Below, one piece after another: positions 23,871 through 33,895 of a DNA stretch of 64,000 bases. Position numbers and translations under genes: made by a program. Every line of letters begins with the position of its first letter. Positions within the stretch are counted from its first letter, which is position 1. The notes beneath the pieces are model-generated. The model saw only the letters and a program-made list of their open reading frames with translations, was not told the origin of the DNA and did no database searches. Source of the DNA: an uncultured delta proteobacterium (GTDB taxonomy: Bacteria; Desulfobacterota; Binatia; Binatales; Binataceae); NCBI GenBank assembly GCA_963747845.1, contig CAVVGR010000014.1, forward strand, positions 4,437 through 68,436, read 5' to 3'.

Positions 23871-24148
23871 GCGATCGCCGCTGGTGGTGGAATCGCAGCA
23901 AGAGAAAATTTCGAGATTTATGTTTTGGGAGACTTGATTTTGCGCTCAATTGTTGCGCCTCGTGGTAGCATTTTGGCGCAATTTGCGCTTAAACGTTTAG
24001 CGCAAATGTGATTGAGGGGAGGTTTGCTCGGAGTGCGTGTGCGGGGAAGGAAGTCGCCACTGCGACTTTCGGGGGACTTCGGTTCTTCAAACAATCTTCA
24101 GTGTTCGTTCAGATCTATCCGTTGCCTGTTCGGCAGCGCCCAACTGAC

Positions 24149-25300
24149 ATGGTTTCGGCCTGCCGGGCATTAAGGATTTTTCAGAGGCGAGAATGGCTGT
24201 TTTTGGAAAGACCAAATCAGACGCTCAGCGCAACTCTGTTGCTGATCGTTGCTTTGGGGTTCTCGATCGCGGGGTGCGGCGGATCGGGTGGTGGCGGCAC
24301 GCAGGGGCCGTCGTCGGCTGGGCCCGGACTTTGGGTGCCAAACTTCTTTGGCTACATTGTCACTGCATTCAACTCCAAACAGCGGCGCAAAAGCGGCTCG
24401 CCCGATGCGGCCCTGACGAATGCCAGCACCGCGATCGATTCGCCGGAAGAGGCGCTGTTCGACACGTCCGGCAATCTTTGGCTGACTAATTGTTCGGATG
24501 CGATCAACGGCGCCGGGCAGATCCTGGAGTTCACCCACGACCAACTGAAGGAGCTGTCGAAAGATAACGCTCCCAATCCCGCCCAGACGCTATCCGATGA
24601 CGGCAGCTTCAATATTTTCGGTTGCCCATATGGCGCGGCGTTCGGGAGCGACGGCAGCCTGTGGGCGGCCAACCGTTTCTCGGCCGATTTGGTCAACTTC
24701 ACGCCCACCCAGTTGAGTGAGGGCGGCGTGCAGTACCCGAACACGAAAATCTCGTCGGACAGCTTCGGCCAGCTGGAGGGAATTCAGTTCGACTCGGCCG
24801 GGACTCTGTGGATCGCCGACGTATTGAACTCCGAGGTATTCGGATTCAAAGCTGCCACCCTAACCGCCGCTGAAGGGACCAACGCGGACCTGACTCCCGA
24901 CATCATCAACTCGTCAGCGAGTATTATCGGCCCCACCGATGTTCTGTTCGATTCGTCGGGCAATCAATGGGTCTCGAATTGCCTTGCGGACACGGTGGTG
25001 GAATTTGCCGCTGGCGATATAGCCGAGAGCGGAAGCCCTACTCCCATCGTGGTGCTGAGCGCCACCGGCGTCGGCAACTCCTCCAGCCTGAGTTGTCCCG
25101 AGGGGATGGCGTTCGACAAAGGCGGGAACCTGTGGGTGAGCAACGCGCTGAGCGACAACTTCGGCAGTATCGTTCAGTTCACTGCCGCTCAGATTGGCGC
25201 GAGCGGCAGCCCGGCCCCGAACATCTTCCTGGATTCCAATTCGACAGGGACCAACCTGGATCAACCCGCGCTGTTCAATTTCGGCCCGAGTGTCGATTAG
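24149..25300 (+). CDS. lipoprotein with beta-propeller (NHL/SMP-30-like) repeats
   Basis: Lipobox LGFSIAGC, repeated SGNLWVSN / GSLWAAN / GTLWIAD motifs. Start uncertain (ATG 24149 or an in-frame TTG nearer the lipobox). Confidence 0.65.
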   Translation: MVSACRALRIFQRREWLFLERPNQTLSATLLLIVALGFSIAGCGGSGGGGTQGPSSAGPGLWVPNFFGYIVTAFNSKQRRKSGSPDAALTNASTAIDSPEEALFDTSGNLWLTNCSDAINGAGQILEFTHDQLKELSKDNAPNPAQTLSDDGSFNIFGCPYGAAFGSDGSLWAANRFSADLVNFTPTQLSEGGVQYPNTKISSDSFGQLEGIQFDSAGTLWIADVLNSEVFGFKAATLTAAEGTNADLTPDIINSSASIIGPTDVLFDSSGNQWVSNCLADTVVEFAAGDIAESGSPTPIVVLSATGVGNSSSLSCPEGMAFDKGGNLWVSNALSDNFGSIVQFTAAQIGASGSPAPNIFLDSNSTGTNLDQPALFNFGPSVD

Positions 25301-25389
25301 CAGGATGAGCATCCGAAACTGCCAGCGGTTTGGAATGAGCTGAAGTCGTAGGTCCCGCGGCGGGCGCGGGTTTCGTTTGGAGGAGAAGC

Positions 25390-28300
25390 ATGAGTTGGCG
25401 TCCCGAGTTTCAGTTTCGTAAAGGCCTCGAGCATCACAAGGGCAGTTCATGGTCTTCGTGGTCGGGCTCTCGTTCGGAACGCTATTCAGCGGCGCACTAT
25501 CGTCGAAAGCGGATACGTTTGCGCCCGTGCCCCAGGCCGGCAAAGCCGCAGCGCCTGCTTGCGAAGGGGGCGGACTGAAGTATGGCAAGGCGGCAAAGAA
25601 TCTCGAGCTCGCGAGTACGTTTGCGGTCATGCCTCCGGTCAGCGAGGTCAAGGGAGCGCCGACTTGCGACGGAGCGCTGAAGCCATCGAAAACGTCGTTG
25701 GGCGATCTCGACGTCACAAAAGCATGCACAGTTGCCGGCAGCAGCTCGCCCACCGCGCCTACCACGTACGTGTACGACAACATCGACATCTACGGCGGCG
25801 GATCGCTCGCCTTCGCCGACGCCAATACCGACTTCTGGGCCAAGTCGATAATCATCGAAAACAACGGAACGCTCACCGCCGGCATCGCGCCTGACGGCGT
25901 GACCATCTCGCCGGTCGGCACGAACCTTGGAAAAATCACGATCCATCTGTACGGGGCGCAGCAGAGCAACAAACTCCACGCCGTGGGTGTCCCCTGCCAC
26001 GACACTACTTGCGGAGTCGACAAGGATCTCTTCATGTCCAACAACATGAAGACGCTCGATCCGACGAGTTGCAAGCCGGCCTCGCAGTTCGGCGGCACGC
26101 TTCCCAACAACGACTGCTTCTACATGTACGATTCGATGCCCTATGACGACGGCGGCAACGTGCCGGCCTACTACGGCTACAAAGTTCTCGGCATCGGGTA
26201 CGGTGGCACCTTGCGTCTCTACGGCTTGAAAGGCGGGACTTATCCCGACACCACAGTCACTCCGAGCAACACGGGCACCAGCTGGGCGCGGCTGAACAAC
26301 TGCGCGACAGGTAACATGGACCCCAATTGCACGACCGACGGCGTGCTGAAGGCGGGCGCGACCACGCTGACTCTGTCCGTTCCTGCATCGCCGGGGCTCG
26401 GCTGGAAGAAGGGCGACGATATAATCGTCACGACGACGGACTACCTGGCCTCGCACACCGAGCACTTCAATCTCAGCGCAGACTCGGTCGGCAACACAGT
26501 TACGATTCCTGCGCCCGGACTGCAGTATCCGCATCATGCCGCCGTGATCAGTCTTTCTTCACGACTTCCATCCGGGCGCGGGATGAGTGATCTCACGTCG
26601 GTGGATACGCGGGCCGCGGTGGGGCTGCTGTCGCGCAACATCCGCATCGTGTCTGGCGGCGACATGCCATTGACTGATCTTGTCGCTCCAGCAGTGCCGC
26701 CTAAACCCAACCCGGCGCAATACTTTGGCGGACACGTGGTCTTCAGGCAGGGCTTCAAGCAGCTCCAGATTCAGGGAGTTGAGTTCTATCAGCTCGGAGA
26801 AGGCGGCAGGATCGGACACTACCCGGTGCACTTTCATATGGCGCGGCAGGTGCCGCCCGGCACTTACGTCAAGGACAGCTCGATCTGGGACTCGATGACG
26901 CGCTTTATCGTCGTGCACGCGACGCAAGGCGTGCTGCTGGCCCGCAACGTGGGCTACCGGTCGATAGGAATGGGCTACTATCTCGAGGACGGCACTGAGA
27001 CCGGCAACCAGCTCTACGCAAACCTGGGAGTCTCAGCGATTGCGGCGGTCAACGACTACGCCAACTATCGGCTGGTTCCCGGGATACTTGCGAATAACAA
27101 GTACGGCGACGGGACGCCGTATCTCCCCAATTCCGAAAACACGCCTTACGACTCCGACTTCGAGCATCCTTCGCTGTTCTGGTTCATGAATGGCTGGAAC
27201 GATTTCGAGTACAACATGGCGGTCGGCGCCGAGATGTGCGGAAATTGCTACTGGATGCCGCCGGGCGCCAACAGCGCCGGATCACGAAAGATGTACTGGA
27301 CCGGCTACGCGTCCGAACAGAAGAACTACAGCACTAACCAGGCGACGTCGCCGCTGATGGAATTCCTCGGCAATACCTGCTCGACGGCGATGATGGCCTT
27401 CCATATCAACGGCAACACCACTTACTGCGCCGGGGTAAATACAAACTTTGCCGGAATGAGCAGCGTAGGGACGCAATTCACGTCGGTGCCTAACGATCTT
27501 CTGCCACTGCCGGTGGGTGTGCCAACCGACAAGAAAGCGCCCGACATACAGAACGAAACCTTCTATCCCAGGGTGAATTCGGGCGGAAATCGTCACCCGA
27601 CGAAATGTCCCAGTCTGACCGGCGATTGCAGCGCGCAACCGGATTGCTCGAACAGCAACCTTGGCAACTGCATGGTCCTGGTGCTTGACCGTTTTACGAC
27701 GTCCTTCAATTTCGCCGCGAAGAACTTCGCCGCCATCTGGCTCCGTCCGCAATTTAACCTGGTACTTAACGGCGCGATCACAGACGTTCTCAACGGTGGC
27801 CTGACCTTCGTGACGGGCGGCGGTTATACGCGAGCCGACGCGCTGCTCGGGATTTGGGACCTGGCCAGAAAGACTGTATTCATCGGCAACACTCAGAGTT
27901 ATGCGTCCAACCCTTATGGTTCCAACGGCGGCCCGGTCAATCCAACCGGACTGAAGTGCGGCAACAAACAGCCCGCCACCGGCTATTGCGCTCCGATTGA
28001 CGCCAATGGAAACGACACGGGAGTTTCTTTCAACCGGGACAGCTTCTCGACTAATCAACGGTTCTTCAACATCTACGACGGTCCAGCGCTGGAGGACTCG
28101 AACGCCTTTCTCGACATCAACACGACTCCGTTGACGGACTGCGATCTTAGTACCCCCAACTCCGGCATCGATTTTCGGTGCTTCAACAGCAAATGGATGG
28201 AAGGAACGCAACTCGGCGTCCCGGGCGTCTTCACAGGCGCTGGCATGCCGCCCTCAGCCTGCTATCTTCCCAACGCGGCGATCGCATGGAAGCAGCCTAA

Positions 28301-28442
28301 CGGGTTCTACTATCCGCCCTCGTTCCACTCGACCAATCTATATTTCAACAACGTCGATATTCACCATTACGTGATCCAACCCAAGTTCCTGATCGGGCAG
28401 TTACAAGACCGACAATTCCGCGACCAAGCCTCTCTACTGTAA
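25390..28442 (+). CDS. large secreted G8-domain / CEMIP-like parallel beta-helix protein, N-terminal ~1000 aa; signal peptide in a different frame from the body (indel near 25443)
   Basis: AGGAGG ribosome-binding site before the ATG at 25390. Joining frames gives the signal peptide MSWRPEFQFRKGLEHHKG-QFMVFVVGLSFGTLFSGALSSKA. The body carries G8-like motifs (GEGGRIGHYPVHFHM, many Gly/Cys-rich turns). Confidence 0.65.
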
Positions 28443-29795
28443 CAGTCAGCCGAATATGTTCAGCCCCGACTTCACTGATATCGATCGGCAGACTGAACTG
28501 AACGATGACGATGGAACGCTGACGGGCCTGATCGATACGGTATCGGTTAACCAGGATCCTTTTTTCCAGGCGCCCACGCAGGATGTCGAATGCAGATCGG
28601 ACGTGGCTGGAAACACCTCGGGTACTGCAGTTACCAGCCCGTATGACTACGTCACCACGGTGGTTTATCCGGATTGCGCGACAGTGCCGTGGAACGGACC
28701 GGTAAATCCACCCTTCAAAGGTGCCTGCAACGATCCGACAGTGACGCCAGTCCCGTGGACGTGGAGTTATGACTGCGCCAATTCGGGGTGTTATGGCGTC
28801 CCGCTGTATCGCCAGTATCTGAATCCTGGCGAAGCGACGGCGCCGTTTATCCGGATGTCATCGCAGGCCACCGGCCAGCGCGAAACGATGGCGCCGAACA
28901 ACGGCCTCTTTTATATCGACACAACAGTGGACCAGGGCACGCAAGGTCAGGCGGGGAATTTGTACAGCGTGTTCCAGAAGGACAAGAAGTACCATGTGTT
29001 CCTGCTGTTCGCGAAACCAGGCCCTCCTATCACAACCACCGCAGGCACCAAGGAGACTTACCAGTTATTTGTCGGTAAGGGGCTCGACACGACAACTCTT
29101 TTGAATTCAGTGGTGGCCGAGAAGGCGAATGTGTCGACTGCGGCCGCCTCGTTCACGACCTTCGCGTGGCCTACCGGATGGACGAAGACTTATCAGCCCA
29201 ACGATACGGGTATGCCGGCCGACGGGAGGAGGCATTCTGACGGTTACGGTGGACCTTAGCGCGGCGGGAATGAGCGGATTCGGCACCGACTACAGCAACT
29301 CGGTCTACAATCCCACGATGCCCACCGAGACGCGCTGCCAGCCGTCAAGCATGTGCGCGTGGAACACCACCAACTCGGACTGCGAATGCAACATCCCCGA
29401 CTAACCCCGACGATCCGCTGGGCCAGTTCTATCTGTACAACGATTGCCAGGGTAAGACCGATACCAGCGGCCCCAGCACCGGCCCGGCCTCGTTCTGCAA
29501 ATGGGCGATCAGTGACATCGATTATCCGGACGCCGGAGCTTACGGGTTCTCGTTTGTCCTGGGGGATAGCTTCGCAACCGTGCCGACCCAGGCCGGGAGG
29601 GATGCACTGCGGCCGCCACCATCGTGTTTCCCGCAAACGCAAACCAATCCGATGCCGCCGCCGCCGATGATTGCTTCGCCGTGGAACGTGCTGTTCAACC
29701 CGGCGTCGATGGACCTCGCGCAGGGCTGCTTCTATAGCAGCACACCGCCCGCGCCAAAGTTCTGTACCACTCCGGGGGAGGAACCGAGCGAATAA
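28393..29795 (+). CDS. probable C-terminal continuation of the G8-domain protein, split into three frames (junctions about 28400, 29225, 29400)
   Basis: No signal peptide or ribosome-binding site at the ATG at 28456. This frame is open from 28393 and overlaps the upstream stop. Adjoining ORFs 29129-29404 and 29404-29795 continue the same Cys/Asn/Thr-rich composition, each junction explained by a 1-bp indel. Confidence 0.5.
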
Positions 29796-29821
29796 GCATC
29801 GCAAAGAGCAGGAGCGAAGCG

Positions 29822-30265
29822 TCAGCCGGGTCTTGCGCGCAACAGCGGCCACGCCCGGTACAGCAGGTAGAGTGCTATCAACAGCATGACGGGACTTTCG
29901 GCTGACGCTATTTTCACGTGGATGCGCTGCGACTCGACGCCCAGGTTCGAGAGGATGAAGATCGCGTGGCCGGCGATGACTTGCGCCATGTAGAGCAGCC
30001 CGAGGATGAGTCCCCAGCGTTGGCGTCGCAGGATTCCTAGGCCGAAGGCGGCGATGATGATGGCTTGCAGAGCCATCGTGACGCGCGCCTCGTCGCCGTA
30101 GAACTTCACGCCGAAGATTACGTCCTGGAGCGGTGCGCCTCCGCCTGAGAGGTTGAATATTGCGCGCGCTGCCAGGAAGACCGCCCATACGACGCAGAGG
30201 CCGGCGAAGATTCGAAGGTCGCGCGGCCAGCGTTTGGCGTCGCTGGCGATTAGCGCGTCAGCCAT
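29822..30265 (-). CDS. hypothetical membrane protein (3-4 TM helices)
   Basis: 147-aa hydrophobic ORF, last gene of the ACAD-APH operon on the minus strand. Confidence 0.5.
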   Translation of the reverse strand: MADALIASDAKRWPRDLRIFAGLCVVWAVFLAARAIFNLSGGGAPLQDVIFGVKFYGDEARVTMALQAIIIAAFGLGILRRQRWGLILGLLYMAQVIAGHAIFILSNLGVESQRIHVKIASAESPVMLLIALYLLYRAWPLLRARPG

Positions 30266-30271
30266 TTTGGA

Positions 30272-30607
30272 TTATTTATCGCGAGAGCGTCGGACGAGCG
30301 ACTGGCGGACGTGAGCACGCAGCGCGGGATCGTCGATCGCGATTGCGCCTGTGCGAATGCGCTCCGCCAGCTCGACGCTGAGCGTCTCGACGTCGCCGTC
30401 ATGGCCGAGCATCGCAACCAGACGCGAGTGCTCGGCGTCCGCCTGCGCGCCGCGCAGTTCCAGCTCGCGCCGCAGCGTGTTCAGCACGTTGACGGTGACG
30501 CGCGTCTGGAAGTGGAAATAGCCGTTGAGCGTCGGCATCAGCTCGGATTCCAGGTATTTGACGGCCGCCTCGAGCAGGATGGCGGCTTTCGGAGTACTCT
30601 GTGGCAT
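30272..30607 (-). CDS. small conserved hypothetical protein co-transcribed with the phosphotransferase/ACAD pair
   Basis: 111-aa ORF, 6-bp gap to the downstream gene. Not assignable to a named family from sequence alone. Confidence 0.45.
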   Translation of the reverse strand: MPQSTPKAAILLEAAVKYLESELMPTLNGYFHFQTRVTVNVLNTLRRELELRGAQADAEHSRLVAMLGHDGDVETLSVELAERIRTGAIAIDDPALRAHVRQSLVRRSRDK

Positions 30608-30653
30608 AGTCAGTCCTTGAATCGCGAATAGTCAGTAGTGATTCGGCGATTAG

Positions 30654-31658
30654 TCAGTCGCGCCCTTCAATCAGATTCAGAAAGTCCCACAGCGGCTCCT
30701 CGACTCGGCGGCCGATGGCGCAGCGCTCGATACTCATTTCCTCAACTCCGCGCGTGCCCAGGCCGAAGCATCCGATGCCCCAGCGCACGCTGCCGTACGC
30801 CTCCCAGAAGCGCACGTGCGCCGGATCGACGGACTGGCCGCTTGCTTTCTCGTACGCCTCGAACAGGTCCTCGCGCGTGCCGAAGCCGCCGACCGGCTTC
30901 TTGCCGCCGAAGCGCCAGGTTTTAACGCAGACCCAGCCGAGGTCCTGCATCGGATCGCCGCGCTGTCCTATTTCCCAATCCAGCACGAGCCGGATTCCCT
31001 GCTCGCCGACGATAAAGTTGCCCGCGCGGAAGTCGCCATGCACGACCGTGTCGCGGGTGCTTTTCGGCGCGTGCTGCTCGGCCCATTTGAGCCCGAGCTC
31101 GAGAGCCGGCAAATGAAATCCGTGGAACTCGATGATCTGGCGCTGCGCCGCGATGTGCTGCGCGGGCGTCAGCTTCATCAGGAAGGGAACTTCGGCGACG
31201 GGAATACTGTGGATGGCCGCCAGTATCTTGCCGCACTGCTTCGCCATCGTCGCGCGCGCGCCGGCAAAACGTTCTTCGCGCAGGATGCGGGTCGCGAGCG
31301 TCTCGCCCGCCACTCTTTCGGTGACGTAGCCGGGGCCGAGCCCGTCGTCGTCGTGCAGAATTGCGCGCACGCGCGGCGCCGGGACGCCAGCTTTCACCGC
31401 GGCGATCATCAGGCGCGCGTCTTCCTCGGCAGTCAGATGCGGCGAGACGCCGGCCAGCGGATTGCTTTCGTCGTTGGCGCGAGCGCTCGCCAGTTGCAGG
31501 ATGAATTGCTCGCGCGAATTTGCAATCTCAGCGTCGAACGACCAGGTCGTTTTGTTCGCGCCGCCGGTCAGCCGTTGCAGGTCGTGGACGGTGCCCGGCG
31601 GTCCGACGTGACGCGCGACTGCGGCTTGCAGGCGCGCGGTGAAGTCTTCGTTGCTCAT
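30654..31658 (-). CDS. phosphotransferase family protein (APH/choline-kinase-like kinase fold)
   Basis: Start at MSNEDFTARL. Catalytic loop VHGDFRAGNFIV and DWEIGQRGDPMQDL match the APH fold. Confidence 0.8.
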   Translation of the reverse strand: MSNEDFTARLQAAVARHVGPPGTVHDLQRLTGGANKTTWSFDAEIANSREQFILQLASARANDESNPLAGVSPHLTAEEDARLMIAAVKAGVPAPRVRAILHDDDGLGPGYVTERVAGETLATRILREERFAGARATMAKQCGKILAAIHSIPVAEVPFLMKLTPAQHIAAQRQIIEFHGFHLPALELGLKWAEQHAPKSTRDTVVHGDFRAGNFIVGEQGIRLVLDWEIGQRGDPMQDLGWVCVKTWRFGGKKPVGGFGTREDLFEAYEKASGQSVDPAHVRFWEAYGSVRWGIGCFGLGTRGVEEMSIERCAIGRRVEEPLWDFLNLIEGRD

Positions 31659-31680
31659 ATTTATCTCGTGCGCGAGCGTC

Positions 31681-32955
31681 TCACTCTTCGGCCTGCTTGC
31701 GGTCTTTGAAAAATCCGAACAGGTATTGCGCGACGCGCCGCATCTGGATTTCCTCCGAGCCTTCGGTGATGCGGTAGCGCCGGTGATGGCGGAAAATGTG
31801 CTCAAACGGTTTATGCCGCGAGTAGCCGATCGCGCCATGCACCTGCATCGCACGGTCCGCGGCGTCGCACACGAGCCGGTTCGCGCGGTAGTTGCACATC
31901 GCGACCTTATCGGAAAGTTTGAGCGCGACCTCGGGCTTTGGCATTTGATCCATCTGCCACGCAGTCTTGTGGATGAGGTTGCGCAGCATCTCGGCTTCGG
32001 TGTGCAACTCGACCAGCGGCCACTGAATGGCTTGGTTGCTCGACAACGGTTTGCCGAACGGCTTGCGCTGCTTGGCGTATTTCACACTCTCGTTGATGCA
32101 ATATTGCGCCGCGCCCAGCGAGCTTGCGGCCTGGCGAACGCGGTTCTCGTGGACGAAATGCTGCGCGACGGCCAGCCCGTTTTCCGGATCGCCGAGAATC
32201 GAGTCGGCCGGCACCGCGACGTCAGTCAGCGAGACGCGCGGATGATCGGTCGGCATGTTGAAGGTCCACAAATATTCCTCGATTTTGAAGCCGGCATTTT
32301 TGGTGGGAACGATGAAGCAGGTGATACCGCGCGGGCTGCCGTCCTTGCCGCTGGTGCGCGCGAAGACGAAATCATGCGTGGCGACATGCAGGCCGGTGTT
32401 CCACATCTTGGCGCCGGTGATGCGCCAGTGATCGCCGTCGCGGACGCCGCGCGTTTCCATCCAGGTCGCGTCGGAGCCGTGATTGGGTTCGGTGAGTCCG
32501 AACGCGATGCGCATCGAGCCGTCGAGAATTTTGGGAATGAACTCCTTTTTCTGCTGATCGTTGCCGAAGTCGCGAAACATCAGGACAGTTGGCAGATTGC
32601 CGACGATCGAACTTTCGTTCTGTAAATCGTTGTGCAGGCCGAGACCCTTGGCCGCCAGGTACTCGCGGATTATCGCCATGGCGAGATTGGTGCCGTTCTT
32701 GCCGCCGTATTCTTTCGGCAGCGCGTAGCGATAATGCCCGGCCTTGTCGGCGCGGCGGCGCATCTCGCCTAGCAGTGCCTCCCATTCGTGGCGCGGCAGG
32801 CCGTCGCGCTCGAAGTCAGTGCGCGCCCATTCGCGGCGATGATCGAAAAAGCGAATGTTGTCGTTCTCGCGTTCGAGCGGCTTGATCTCTTTTTCGATGA
32901 AGGCGTCGAGCTCGGCCAGGTAGGCTGTTACATCGGCAGGAATATTAAAGTCCAC
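31681..32955 (-). CDS. acyl-CoA dehydrogenase family protein
   Basis: 424-aa ACAD fold (FGLTEPNHGSD..., C-terminal QVHGAIGYS). Paired with the APH gene as in ACAD10/11-type modules. Confidence 0.85.
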   Translation of the reverse strand: MDFNIPADVTAYLAELDAFIEKEIKPLERENDNIRFFDHRREWARTDFERDGLPRHEWEALLGEMRRRADKAGHYRYALPKEYGGKNGTNLAMAIIREYLAAKGLGLHNDLQNESSIVGNLPTVLMFRDFGNDQQKKEFIPKILDGSMRIAFGLTEPNHGSDATWMETRGVRDGDHWRITGAKMWNTGLHVATHDFVFARTSGKDGSPRGITCFIVPTKNAGFKIEEYLWTFNMPTDHPRVSLTDVAVPADSILGDPENGLAVAQHFVHENRVRQAASSLGAAQYCINESVKYAKQRKPFGKPLSSNQAIQWPLVELHTEAEMLRNLIHKTAWQMDQMPKPEVALKLSDKVAMCNYRANRLVCDAADRAMQVHGAIGYSRHKPFEHIFRHHRRYRITEGSEEIQMRRVAQYLFGFFKDRKQAEE

Positions 32956-33026
32956 GGCGTTTCTCCTCGGGCGAATACGTTATGTGCGAGGCGTACCAGA
33001 GTGCGGCTTCGAACTAAAGCGGAAAC

Positions 33027-33890
33027 TTACGTCGCCAGGAACTCGCGCAAACGATTGGCGAGCTCGGCCGGCTTCTCCTCGGGAATGAAATGGCCGCAAT
33101 CGGCGACCGCGCCGCCGGATGCATGAAGCGCAACGCGGCGAAGCGATTCGACTACCAGTTCGCCGCGGCCGCGCGGACCGCCGCCGCCGAGTCCCAGCGT
33201 CGGCATCGGCAGTTTGAATCCTTTGGCGAAGGTGGCGCGATTGTCGGCGACGTCCTGCGGGAGTGCGCGGTAGAAGTTGAAGCCTGCGCGCATCGCGCCC
33301 GGCTGCGAGTAGGTTCGCACGTACTCCGCGATGTCGTCGTCGCCGATCGCGCCGGCCTGGTCGCATCCGTTCATGAAAAACCATTCGAGATATATTCGTT
33401 CGCGGCCGTACACCAGCGCCTCGGGCAGGTCGAGCACCTGGTGGAACATGTGCCACCATCGCGGCGTGCCGCCAATCGCAGAACCGGCCGGCTGATCGCC
33501 GGGCACTGGCACGTCGAGCAGCGCGAGATGCGTCACTTCAGCGGGATGATCAGCGGCGAGGCGAAATGCTACGGGCGCGCCCCAATCATGACCGACAACT
33601 GCGAAGCGCGCGTGCCCGAGATGCTTGTTCATGAGCAGCCAGATGTCGTTGGCGACGGTCTTCTTGTCGTAGCCGGCGACGGGACGAGTGGAGTCGCCGA
33701 GGCCGCGCATATCGGGCGCGACCAGCGAGTGCTTGTCTGCCAGCAGCGGCATCACGCGGCGCCATTCGTACCAGGTCTGCGGCCATCCATGGAGCAATAC
33801 GACGGGGGCACCATCGCCCATCGTCACGTAATGGAGTCGCACGCCTTCGAGGTTGGCGTAGCGATGCGAAAACTCTGACGGCATCGACAA
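33027..33890 (-). CDS. alpha/beta hydrolase (epoxide hydrolase / haloalkane dehalogenase-like)
   Basis: HGWPQTWYEW oxyanion region, nucleophile elbow GHDWG, C-terminal His region. Confidence 0.8.
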   Translation of the reverse strand: MSMPSEFSHRYANLEGVRLHYVTMGDGAPVVLLHGWPQTWYEWRRVMPLLADKHSLVAPDMRGLGDSTRPVAGYDKKTVANDIWLLMNKHLGHARFAVVGHDWGAPVAFRLAADHPAEVTHLALLDVPVPGDQPAGSAIGGTPRWWHMFHQVLDLPEALVYGRERIYLEWFFMNGCDQAGAIGDDDIAEYVRTYSQPGAMRAGFNFYRALPQDVADNRATFAKGFKLPMPTLGLGGGGPRGRGELVVESLRRVALHASGGAVADCGHFIPEEKPAELANRLREFLAT

Positions 33891-33895
33891 TCGGC

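Noticed and set aside
25497-26537. 346-aa minus-strand ORF (also 27282-28211)
   Set aside because: Antisense to the G8-domain gene.
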